This document shows positions 1-7,664 of a DNA stretch of 39,771 nucleotides, piece after piece. Within the stretch, counting starts at the first letter, position 1, and the number at the start of each line of letters is the position of its first letter. The DNA is from Acidimicrobiales bacterium (GTDB lineage Bacteria > Actinomycetota > Acidimicrobiia > Acidimicrobiales > Acidimicrobilacustridaceae): NCBI GenBank assembly GCA_036520815.1, contig DATDIY010000036.1:1-39771 (forward strand). The letters run 5' to 3'. A program made the position numbers and the translations under genes. Below the pieces are notes generated by a model, which saw only the letters and a program-made list of their open reading frames with translations, did no database searches and was not told the origin of the DNA.

Positions 1-78
1 GAGTCGCCATGCCGCCCATCCTATCGGCCGATTCAGAGGGGTAGGGGGTATGACGGGCCCGACGCGACGCTCGACCCC

Positions 79-285
79 ATGACGCTCCGCACCTACTCCG
101 TCCCCGGCATCTCCTGCACGCACTGCAGGGACGCCATCGAGTCCGAGGTCGCCGTGGTCACGGGAGTCGAGGAGGTCTACGTCGACGTCGACCACCGCAC
201 CGTCGCCGTCACCGGCGACGCAACCGACGATGACCTCCGCGCCGCCATCGACGAGGCCGGCTACGAGGTGGCCGGAGTCACCTGA
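79..285 (+). CDS. copZ: heavy-metal-associated (HMA) domain copper chaperone, CopZ-like
   Basis: 68-aa ORF with an N-terminal metal-binding loop GISCTHC (the CxxC of the GMxCxxC HMA motif) and a typical single-domain length. No P-type ATPase partner lies inside the window. The 3' end overlaps the convergent methyltransferase gene by 25 nt. Confidence 0.8.
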   Translation: MTLRTYSVPGISCTHCRDAIESEVAVVTGVEEVYVDVDHRTVAVTGDATDDDLRAAIDEAGYEVAGVT

Positions 286-1001
286 TCCGAGCCCGCGCCG
301 TCGACCGGGCCCGGGCCGGCGTGCTGTCGCACCCATGCGTGCATGGCGATGCCGGCCGCCACTCCCACGTTGATCGAGCGGGTCGACCCGAACTGGGCGA
401 TCGAGCAGACCACCTCGGCCGCCCCGCAGGCCTCCTCGGAGAGGCCCGGACCCTCCTGGCCGAACAACAGCACGCACCGCACGGGGAGCACGACCGACTC
501 CAGCGGCACCGAGCCGGGGACGATGTCGATGCCGATCACGGGCAGCTGCTGGTCGGCCGCCCAGTCGAGCAGGCCGGCCACCGTCTCGTGGTGGTGGAGG
601 TGCAGGTACCGGTCGGTGACCATCGCACCACGGCGATTGAACCGACGCCGACCGACGACGTGCACCCCTTCCGCGTTGAACGCGTTCGCAGTGCGGATGA
701 CGGTTCCGATGTTGAGGTCGTGCTGCCAGTTCTCGATGGCGACGTGGAAGCCGTGCCGGCGGGAGTCGAGGTCAGCGACGATGGCCTCGTTGGTCCAGTA
801 CCGATAGCGGTCGACGACGTTGCGACGATCACCGTCCGCCAACAAGGCAGGGTCGAGACGGGCGTCGTCGGGCCACGGCCGGGGGTACGGCCCGACGCCG
901 ACCGGGCGATCCTCATCGGGCGCCCGACCGGTCTCGGAGCTGGTCGTGCCCGTACCCTCGTCCGCGATGACGCGCCTCCCCCGTTCCGGTGACGCCGCCA
1001 T
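261..1001 (-). CDS. TrmH/SpoU-family RNA 2'-O-methyltransferase
   Basis: The C-terminal two-thirds of the 451-aa track ORF show SpoU motifs (HVAIENWQHDLNIGTVIRTANAF, LLFGQEGPGLS, SIAQFGSTRSINVGVAAGIAMHAW). They are preceded by the actinobacterial N-terminal pattern VGVGPYPRPWPDD...RYRYWT. The upstream part of the track ORF is Ser/Arg/Pro-rich GC-frame noise. The start is taken as ATG 1001 (MAASPERG), with ATG 1031 as an alternative. Confidence 0.8.
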   Translation of the reverse strand: MAASPERGRRVIADEGTGTTSSETGRAPDEDRPVGVGPYPRPWPDDARLDPALLADGDRRNVVDRYRYWTNEAIVADLDSRRHGFHVAIENWQHDLNIGTVIRTANAFNAEGVHVVGRRRFNRRGAMVTDRYLHLHHHETVAGLLDWAADQQLPVIGIDIVPGSVPLESVVLPVRCVLLFGQEGPGLSEEACGAAEVVCSIAQFGSTRSINVGVAAGIAMHAWVRQHAGPGPVDGAGSDQVTPATS

Positions 1002-2166
1002 GGTGGCACCGGCGACGGAGCCGTCCGACATCGACCCGACCGACCGCCGGGGCCGAAACCGCCGTCGGGGCGGTGGGCGCCCGCTTCTGACCGTTCTCGC
1101 GGCGCTGGCTCTGATGATCGGCGCCTGCGGCGGGAGCGGCGAGGACCGAGGGATCGAGCCCGACCCGACGGAGGTCGACGGCGGGGCTCCGGGCACGACG
1201 TACCCCCGCCCGACCCTCGAGCTCGTCGACGAGCTCCTGACGGAGCGGGTGGATCGGGACGGCCTGGTCGGGGCCGCTCTGATCGTCGAACCCGCCGACG
1301 GTGCACCACACCTGCACACCGTCGGCGCCGTCGGACCCGCCACACCGGTTCCGCTCGCCGAGACGTCGTTCTGGCTGGTGGCGACCGTGCTGCTGACCCT
1401 CGTCGACGACGGGTCCGTCGGGCTGGACGAACCCGTCGGCGCCCACCTGCCCTGGATGACGGGCACGGCGTCCACCATCACCCTGCGCCAACTCCTGTCG
1501 CACACGTCGGGACTCCCTCTCGCGGTCGAGTGCGACGACCCGACGCCGGCGGCGTGCGACGCCGCCATCGGTGCCTCGCCCCTCGTCCACCCGCCGGGCG
1601 GGGCGCTGACCGTCACCGCCCTCGACGCTCACGTGGCCGCCCGCCTGGCGGAGACCGTCACCGGGCGCCCCTGGGACCAGCTGTTCCGGGAACGCCTCGC
1701 CGACCCGACGACGATGACGGTCACCACCTTCGCCGACCCGTCGAGCACCGGCGGACTTCTCGCCACCGACGGGTCCACCACGGCCGACGACCTCGGCCGG
1801 TTCCTCGACGTCCTCCGCGACGACGGTCGGGCCGGGGACGTCGAGATCCTCAGCGCCGGATCGTGGCGGGAGATGCTGCTCGACCAGACCGTGCGCCTCG
1901 ACACCCACGACGAGCCGTGGGTCGCCGACACCGGCGTGCCCACGTTCGGGCTCGGCGTGTGGCGGGACCGGCTGCGCGGAGACGACGCCGCCGCCACCGT
2001 GTCGGCGCCGAACCGCTACGGCCTCTACCCCCTCGTCGACACCGCCCGCGACGCCTGGGCCATCGTCGTGATCGACGACCGGACCCTCCCCCGCCACGAC
2101 GTCGTGGGCGCGTCAGCCACCCTCGCCCAGCTCACCGCCGCCGCCCTCCGGGCGCCGCCGAACTGA
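1000..2166 (+). CDS. lipoprotein, beta-lactamase/serine-hydrolase fold, probably catalytically inactive (lysine-free)
   Basis: Signal peptide plus lipobox (LLTVLAALALMIGAC-GG). The family hallmark LRQLLSHTSGLP is present along with the overall class-C/esterase-like layout. There is no lysine anywhere after the start, so an SxxK motif cannot exist. Possible starts are ATG 1000, GTG 1003 or ATG 967. Confidence 0.65.
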   Translation: MVAPATEPSDIDPTDRRGRNRRRGGGRPLLTVLAALALMIGACGGSGEDRGIEPDPTEVDGGAPGTTYPRPTLELVDELLTERVDRDGLVGAALIVEPADGAPHLHTVGAVGPATPVPLAETSFWLVATVLLTLVDDGSVGLDEPVGAHLPWMTGTASTITLRQLLSHTSGLPLAVECDDPTPAACDAAIGASPLVHPPGGALTVTALDAHVAARLAETVTGRPWDQLFRERLADPTTMTVTTFADPSSTGGLLATDGSTTADDLGRFLDVLRDDGRAGDVEILSAGSWREMLLDQTVRLDTHDEPWVADTGVPTFGLGVWRDRLRGDDAAATVSAPNRYGLYPLVDTARDAWAIVVIDDRTLPRHDVVGASATLAQLTAAALRAPPN

Positions 2167-2186
2167 AGGGGGACCGGCCCGGGAAC

Positions 2187-3119
2187 TCAGCGGGTGAGGA
2201 GGGAGCTGCCGCCGGCGTCGTCGAGCAGGTGGCGGGCCACCGCCCGACCGGTCGCTGGGCCCTCGACGACGGGCACCGAGCGACGCTCCCGCAACACCAC
2301 ATGGCCGTCCATCGACGCCAGGAGGCCCTCGATGGTGAGCTGCCCGCCTTCGAGCGTGGCGTACGCGCCGGCGGGCAGGTCGCAGTCGCCGCCGAGCTCG
2401 GCCAGGAACGCCCGCTCGGCCTCCACCGCGGCCCGGGTGGTGTCGTGGTCGAGCGCCGTCAGCAGAGCGAGGGTCGTGCGGTCGTCGGCTCGGCACTCGA
2501 TCGCCAACGCGCCCTGACCGACCTGCGGGACCATGACGTCAGGGCCGAGCACCTCGGCAGTGCGGTCGCCGAGGTCGAGCCCGAGCCGGTCGAGGGCGGC
2601 GGCCGCCATCACGATGGCGTCGACCCCATCGGCCTTGGCCAGTCGGGTGGCGATGTTGCCGCGCAGTCCGACGAAGGTGAGGTCGGGCCGCAGCCAGGCC
2701 AACTGGGCCCTCCGCCGCACCGAGCCGGTGGCGACGAGGGCGCCCACACCGAGCCCGGCGAGGGTGGAGCCGATCAACACGTCGCGGGCATCGGCTCGCT
2801 CCGGCACGGCGCCGACGACCAGCTCCTCGGGTGTGATCGCCGGCAGGTCCTTGGCCGAGTGCACGGCGATGTCGGCTCGCCCGTCGAGCAACGCGGCCTG
2901 CACCTCCTTGACGAACACCCCCTTGCCACCCATCTCCCAGATGGGGATGTCGAGGCGGACGTCGGCCACGGTCTCGACCACGACCAGCTCGACGGTGACG
3001 TCGAGGTCGCGCTCCCGGCCCGCCGCCACCAGCGCGGCGGCCACGTGCTCGCTCTGCCAGAGCGCCAGGGCGCTGCCGCGCGTCGCCGCTCGGACGTGCA
3101 CCGCGCTCTCGCCGGTCAC
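2187..3119 (-). CDS. hemC: hydroxymethylbilane synthase (porphobilinogen deaminase)
   Basis: 310-aa ORF with the N-terminal RAATRGSALALWQSEHV pattern and overall HemC architecture. It lies 13 nt downstream of hemA on the same strand. Confidence 0.9.
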   Translation of the reverse strand: MTGESAVHVRAATRGSALALWQSEHVAAALVAAGRERDLDVTVELVVVETVADVRLDIPIWEMGGKGVFVKEVQAALLDGRADIAVHSAKDLPAITPEELVVGAVPERADARDVLIGSTLAGLGVGALVATGSVRRRAQLAWLRPDLTFVGLRGNIATRLAKADGVDAIVMAAAALDRLGLDLGDRTAEVLGPDVMVPQVGQGALAIECRADDRTTLALLTALDHDTTRAAVEAERAFLAELGGDCDLPAGAYATLEGGQLTIEGLLASMDGHVVLRERRSVPVVEGPATGRAVARHLLDDAGGSSLLTR

Positions 3120-3132
3120 CGCGGTCGGCCGG

Positions 3133-4392
3133 CTACAGATCGAAGAGGTCGCGCAGGGCCTCGGCCAGGCGCTCGCCCTTGGGCGTGCCGGCCGCCGACT
3201 TCAGGCCGACGGTCGGCTGGTGCAGCAGCTTGGCGACGATGCCGTGGGTCAGGGCCTCCACGGCATCGAGCTGACGCTCGTCGAGCTCGCCGAGCCGGGA
3301 GCGGAAGCGCTCGAGCTCGGCCCGACGGACGTCCTCACCCTCCTCACGGAGCGCCGCGACCAGCGGGGCGACCTCGCGGGCGGAGCTGACCGACAAGAAG
3401 CGCTCGACCTCGCCGACGATCATCGACCGCACAACGGCGACCTCACGGCGACGCTCGGCCTGGCCCGCCTCGGCGAAGGCCCGCAGATCGTCCATGTCGA
3501 GCAGGGTGACGCCGGCGAGGTCGGCGGCGGAGGGATCGACGTCGCGGGGGACGGCCACGTCGACCACCAGGATCGGACGACCGTCACGCCGTTCCATCAC
3601 GCGGGCCACATCGGAGTGCTCGATGAGCATCGAGGTGGCTCCGGTGCCGGTGAGCAGCAGATCGACCTCCACCAGCGAGGCGTCGAGGTCGACCAGGCGG
3701 ATCGCCTGCCCGCCGAGGCGCTCGGCCAGCTCCTCGGCCCGGGCCCAGGTGCGGTTGGCGATGCGGATGTCGGTCACGCCGTTGGTCGACAGGGCCTTCA
3801 CCATTCCCTCGCCCACCTCGCCGGCACCCATCACGAGGATGCTGCGGCCCTCCAGCGAGCCGAGCCGCTCGGCGGCCATCGCCACCGCGGCACTGGAGAC
3901 GGACGCGACGTGGCGCCCGATCTCGGTCTCGGTACGAGCCCGCTTGCCCACTTCGATGGCGTGGCGGAACAGGAGGTTCACCTGCGAACCAGCTGCCTCC
4001 TCCTCCTGGGCCCGCTCCCACGCGTGGCGGACCTGACCGAGGATCTCGGCCTCGCCGACGACGGCGGAGTCGATGCCGGCGGCGACGGCGAAGAGGTGCT
4101 GCGCGGCCTCGGCGCCGTCGTGGACGTAGAGATGATCGGCCAGCTCGTCGGGCGGCACCATGGCCAGCTCCGACAGGAAGTTGCGCAGTTCGGCGTAGGC
4201 CGGGTGGAACTTCTCGGCGACGACGTAGACCTCGGTGCGGTTGCAGGTCGAGAGGATGACCGCCTCACTGATGTGATCGCGGGACATCACGTCGTGCAGC
4301 GCCTTGGGCAGACGGGAGTCGTCGACAGTGACCCGCTCGAGCAGATCGAGGGGAACAGTCCGGTGGTTCAGTCCGAGGACGACGACAGACAC
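3133..4392 (-). CDS. hemA: glutamyl-tRNA reductase
   Basis: MSVVVLGLNHRTVPLDLLERV...LSTCNRTEVY (active-site Cys region) and a Rossmann segment ILVMGAGEVGEG. 419 aa. Confidence 0.92.
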   Translation of the reverse strand: MSVVVLGLNHRTVPLDLLERVTVDDSRLPKALHDVMSRDHISEAVILSTCNRTEVYVVAEKFHPAYAELRNFLSELAMVPPDELADHLYVHDGAEAAQHLFAVAAGIDSAVVGEAEILGQVRHAWERAQEEEAAGSQVNLLFRHAIEVGKRARTETEIGRHVASVSSAAVAMAAERLGSLEGRSILVMGAGEVGEGMVKALSTNGVTDIRIANRTWARAEELAERLGGQAIRLVDLDASLVEVDLLLTGTGATSMLIEHSDVARVMERRDGRPILVVDVAVPRDVDPSAADLAGVTLLDMDDLRAFAEAGQAERRREVAVVRSMIVGEVERFLSVSSAREVAPLVAALREEGEDVRRAELERFRSRLGELDERQLDAVEALTHGIVAKLLHQPTVGLKSAAGTPKGERLAEALRDLFDL

Positions 4393-5003
4393 GCCTGGAG
4401 GCGCTCCTTGGCTTCGGCGAGGTGACCCTCGCGGACGAGATCAAGCATCCCCGAATCGAGCGCTCGCTGCCAGTCGAGACCCTCGGTCGGCGATCCCGCC
4501 TCCTGGAGACGGACCCTCTCTTGTTCCAGCATCTCGAGCAGGGTGAGGTATTCCGGCCCGATCTCGGAGGCGAAGCGGCGCCGCATCCACTTTGACAACG
4601 CCGGCGAGCGCCCGCTGGTGGAGAAGGTCACGAGCAGCGGTCCCTGCCGCACTCGAGCCGGCAGGGTGAAGGTGCAGTTCTCCGGGTCGTCGGCGCTGTT
4701 CACCCACACCCCGGCCCCGTCGGCGTCGTGGCGCACCGTGCGATTCACGTCAGGGTCGTCGGTGGCAGCGATCACCAGCCGGTAACCGCCGGCCTCACCG
4801 GGCTCGTAGCGCCGCTCATGGCTGGTCACACCGGCCAGGGCGGCGACATCCGGGTCGATCCGAGGGGCCACCACGTCGACGAGGGCACCGCAGACCACCA
4901 GCTCCCGCACCTTCTGGAGCGCCACCCGACCGCCTCCGACCACGAGGCACCGCCGGCCGGCGACGACCAGGTTCACCGGGTAGAGCGGCGGGTCGAGGGG
5001 CAT
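4368..5003 (-). CDS. precorrin-2 dehydrogenase / sirohydrochlorin ferrochelatase (siroheme synthase N-terminal-domain type)
   Basis: 211 aa with an N-terminal Rossmann segment CLVVGGGRVALQKVRELVVCGALVDVVAP and a SirC/CysG-N-like length. Its ATG shares one base with the rex stop (TGATG at 5003). Its 3' end overlaps the hemA start by 25 nt. Confidence 0.8.
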   Translation of the reverse strand: MPLDPPLYPVNLVVAGRRCLVVGGGRVALQKVRELVVCGALVDVVAPRIDPDVAALAGVTSHERRYEPGEAGGYRLVIAATDDPDVNRTVRHDADGAGVWVNSADDPENCTFTLPARVRQGPLLVTFSTSGRSPALSKWMRRRFASEIGPEYLTLLEMLEQERVRLQEAGSPTEGLDWQRALDSGMLDLVREGHLAEAKERLQACLSSSSD

Positions 5004-5731
5004 CAGGCGACGGGCTCCGAGGCGTCGACCGACTGGGTGGGTCCGCCGGGGCCGGTGTCGGCGGGGTCGGACCCGGCACCGTCGCGCTGGCGGTAGAAGC
5101 TGAGGATCTGCAGCTCCAGGGCCAGATCGACCTTGCGGAGGGAGGCTTCGGGGGGCACCGACAGCACCGCAGGAGCGAAGTTGAGGATGGAGGTGATCCC
5201 CGCGCCGACGAGCCGATCGGCGACATCCTGGGCACCACCGGCGGGGGTGGCGATGATGCCGATGGCGATGCCCCGGCTGGTGACCAGCTCGGGTAGTTCG
5301 TCGACGTGGCGGATCTCGTGCTCGCCGAGCATGGTGCCGACCTTCTTCCGGTCGGCATCGACGAGCGCCGCCACCGGGAAGCCCCGTTCGCTGAAGCCGC
5401 CGTAGTTGGCGAGGGCGGCACCGAGGTTGCCCACGCCGACGATCACGACGGGCCAGTCCTTGGTGAGACCGAGCTCGCGGCTCATCTGGTAGAGGAGGAA
5501 CTCCACGTCGTAGCCGACACCTCGGGTGCCGTAGGAGCCGAGGTAGGAGAGGTCCTTGCGGACCTTGGCGGCGTTCACGCCCGCCATCTCGGCCAGACGC
5601 TCCGACGAGATCGTGGTCGTCTGCTCGGCATGGAGCTCCACGAGGGTGCGGAGATAGACCGGCAATCTGGCCACCGTGGCCTCGGGGATGCGTCGCCGGG
5701 AGCGGTCCACGACCCCCACGCTACCGACCAC
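5003..5731 (-). CDS. rex: redox-sensing transcriptional repressor Rex
   Basis: RIPEATVARLPVYLRTL...SSERLAEMAGVNAAKVRKDLSYLGSYGTRGVGY winged-helix region followed by the VIVGVGNLGAALANY Rossmann fold. GTG start at 5731. Confidence 0.92.
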   Translation of the reverse strand: MVGSVGVVDRSRRRIPEATVARLPVYLRTLVELHAEQTTTISSERLAEMAGVNAAKVRKDLSYLGSYGTRGVGYDVEFLLYQMSRELGLTKDWPVVIVGVGNLGAALANYGGFSERGFPVAALVDADRKKVGTMLGEHEIRHVDELPELVTSRGIAIGIIATPAGGAQDVADRLVGAGITSILNFAPAVLSVPPEASLRKVDLALELQILSFYRQRDGAGSDPADTGPGGPTQSVDASEPVA

Positions 5732-5834
5732 GTTCGTGCGTTCACAAAGTCACGAGGTCCGGTCCGCGGGAGCGTCGACCACTCCGCGAGACCGCCGATC
5801 GGGACCACCGCACCGGGCGCCCTACGCTGTCGCC

Positions 5835-6626
5835 ATGTCGCTGCACGCCGCGCTGGCCGCCTCGGCGACGCTGGTGTCGCTGGCGTTCGCGCTGTCCACA
5901 CTCGACCGGTGGCTGGCCCGGCGACGTCGCCACGAGGCGGCCTGGACGATCTCGTTGTTCCTGTTCGCAGCCGGTTCGGCGTCGTTGTGGCTGGGCGCCG
6001 CCGTCGGCTGGGGCGAGTGGTCGTTCAAGGCCTTCTACCTGTTCGGCGCCATCCTCAACGTGCCGTTCCTCGCTCTCGGCACCGTCGAGCTGCTCGCCGG
6101 ACCCAACCATGGACGACGGTGGATGGCGATCGTGGCCATGCTCTCGGCGTTCTGCACCGGTTTGGTGGTGAGCGCTCCGATCATCGGGCCCATCGAGCCC
6201 GACGTGCTGCCGCAGGGGAAGGACGTGTTCGAGGCCGGGCCACGCATCGCGGCCGCGGTGGCGTCGGGTGTGGCCGCCACCGTGATCTTCGTGGGGGCGC
6301 TCTGGAGCGCCTGGCGGCTGATCCGAGGACGGCGGCGCCCGGGCGCGCCGACCACCCTCCCCGCCGGACGCCTGGCCCTCGCCAACCTGTTCATCGCCCT
6401 CGGCACCATCGTGCTCAGCGCCGGCGGCGTGCTCAACTCCGTCGTCGACGAGATGGACGGGTTCGCCATCTCCCTCGTCGCCGGCATCTCGATCATCTTC
6501 GTCGGGTTCCTGATCACCAACGCCGGCTCCACGACCGTGGCCAGCCCACTACCCGAGCCGTTGGCCTGGCGTGCACCCGCTCCGGACGACGCCGCCGCCC
6601 CGAGGGAACGGGTGCTGGCGTCCTGA
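5835..6626 (+). CDS. hypothetical polytopic membrane protein
   Basis: ATG at 5835 (MSLHAALAASATLVSLAF...) opens a 263-aa product with about 7 hydrophobic spans. The upstream part of the track ORF is non-membrane, Arg-rich noise. I recognise no family. Confidence 0.6.
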   Translation: MSLHAALAASATLVSLAFALSTLDRWLARRRRHEAAWTISLFLFAAGSASLWLGAAVGWGEWSFKAFYLFGAILNVPFLALGTVELLAGPNHGRRWMAIVAMLSAFCTGLVVSAPIIGPIEPDVLPQGKDVFEAGPRIAAAVASGVAATVIFVGALWSAWRLIRGRRRPGAPTTLPAGRLALANLFIALGTIVLSAGGVLNSVVDEMDGFAISLVAGISIIFVGFLITNAGSTTVASPLPEPLAWRAPAPDDAAAPRERVLAS

Positions 6627-6637
6627 GCCGTCTCCCG

Positions 6638-6727
6638 TCAGCGGGCGAACACGAACAGCTGCAGGAACGCGGCGCCGAGGATGATCAGCAACAGCAGGCC
6701 GATGGTGATGACGGTTCCGGGTCGCAC
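6638..6727 (-). CDS. 29-aa single-pass hydrophobic micro-protein (candidate small ORF)
   Basis: A GTG at 6727 is preceded by AGGAG with a 5-nt spacer. This Shine-Dalgarno sequence overlaps the TAG stop of the upstream DUF62 gene (cagcagTAGGAGcatctGTG). The product is (M)RPGTVITIGLLLLIILGAAFLQLFVFAR, and the stop is at 6638-6640. Confidence 0.45.
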   Translation of the reverse strand: MRPGTVITIGLLLLIILGAAFLQLFVFAR

Positions 6728-6735
6728 AGATGCTC

Positions 6736-7641
6736 CTACTGCTGGCGGGTGCCGAGATCGACAGGACGGGGGCCGAGATCGACAGGACGGGGGCCGAGAT
6801 TGACAGGAGTCGTGGTCCCGGGGCGGCCCTGCTCGTCGAGGATCTCGATGGTCACCTCGGAGCCCGACGACAGCCCGAGCTCCTGAGCCGCCGATCGACG
6901 GTCGAGCACCACGGCCACCAGCCCGTAGGCATCGGTGATCAGGCCGAGCTCGTTCCGATCGAGCTCGGCGAAGGCGGCGACCCGGCGGGCACTGCGGGCC
7001 CCGTCGGCCATCACCAGGCGGACATCGTCGTCGAACGGAGCGAGCTCGTCCGGGTCGACGTTGAGCTGGGCGTTGCCGTAGCGGTCGACCCACAGCACCT
7101 CGGCGTGCAGGCGACCGTCCTCTTCGCGAGGCAGCGGCACCATGGCCGGAAAGAGCGACACCGGGTCGATGGCGGGACCGAGCTCGGCCAGGTCGACGCC
7201 GAGGCAGAGGTGGGCGGCGGCCGGGGCGAACACGTCGCGCCCGTCGAAGGTGGTGGCCTCGCCGGGAAGGAGGTACTCGGGCTCCGCGATGTGCACCGCT
7301 CGCGTCGCACCCCCGCACAAGGCGACCGCCGGGGCCAGCACTCCGTTGTCGGGACCGACCAGCACCGAGGCGCCGTCGCCGACCTCGACCGCGATCGGGC
7401 GCCGGGACGTACCCACCTGCGGGTCGACCACGGCCACGACCACACCGGGGCAGAGGTAGGGGGTGGCCCGGGCGAGAGCGAGCCCACCGGCGCGCACGTC
7501 GTAAGGAGGGATGTCGTGGGTGAGGTCGATCACCGCCACCTCGGGGGCGATCGAGCGGATCACCGAGTGGACCACCCCGACGAACTCGTCGGTCCGCCCG
7601 TAGTCGGACAGGAAGGTGATGGTCTCGTAGCGCGGCGCCAT
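6736..7641 (-). CDS. S-adenosyl-L-methionine hydroxide adenosyltransferase family protein (DUF62, SAM hydrolase/halogenase-like)
   Basis: MAPRYETITFLSDYGRTDEFVGVVHSVIRSIAP...DLTHDIPPYDVRAGG...TFDGRDVFAPAAAHL matches the DUF62 N- and C-domain hallmarks. The ATG is at 7641. The upstream part of the 498-aa track ORF is Arg/Gly noise. Confidence 0.8.
   Translation of the reverse strand: MAPRYETITFLSDYGRTDEFVGVVHSVIRSIAPEVAVIDLTHDIPPYDVRAGGLALARATPYLCPGVVVAVVDPQVGTSRRPIAVEVGDGASVLVGPDNGVLAPAVALCGGATRAVHIAEPEYLLPGEATTFDGRDVFAPAAAHLCLGVDLAELGPAIDPVSLFPAMVPLPREEDGRLHAEVLWVDRYGNAQLNVDPDELAPFDDDVRLVMADGARSARRVAAFAELDRNELGLITDAYGLVAVVLDRRSAAQELGLSSGSEVTIEILDEQGRPGTTTPVNLGPRPVDLGPRPVDLGTRQQ
6751..6813 (-). 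repeat. 21-bp tandem repeat (2 identical copies plus 1 diverged) encoding a C-terminal heptad PV[DN]LG[PT]R x3
   Basis: gccgagatcgacaggacgggg occurs at 6751-6771 and again identically at 6772-6792. The third copy, 6793-6813, is diverged (gccgagattgacaggagtcgt). The repeat is in frame and forms the last ~22 codons of the DUF62 gene (...TTPVNLGPRPVDLGPRPVDLGTRQQ*). Confidence 0.9.
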
Positions 7642-7664
7642 GGCGGGGGGCAGGGTACCGGGCG

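Noticed and set aside
38-50. G-rich element GGGGTA-GGGGGTA 29-41 nt upstream of copZ, considered as a CsoR/CopY-type copper operator.
   Set aside because: It is a direct repeat, not the inverted repeat (TACCC...GGGTA type) that CsoR-family repressors use. The window contains no regulator gene, and the upstream context is truncated at the window edge.
1530-4425. Very long track ORFs antisense to or out of frame with hemC/hemA (1530-3389 +, 2533-4425 +). Analogous ones occur elsewhere: 13576-15687 +, 21056-24565 +, 32894 to about 34360 +, 6638-7906 -, 11148-12461 -, and the 5' part of 28189-30291 -.
   Set aside because: They are typical high-GC open-frame artefacts with Arg/Pro/Gly/Ala-dominated composition and no recognisable domains. 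Each overlaps a gene with strong family motifs on the other strand or frame. Only the motif-bearing sub-segments were kept as CDS.
6751-6813. The 21-bp and 27-bp (17588-17911) tandem repeats considered as CRISPR arrays or non-coding satellites.
   Set aside because: The repeats are contiguous with no spacers, have lengths that are multiples of three, and lie in frame inside well-supported CDSs. There are no cas genes in the window.
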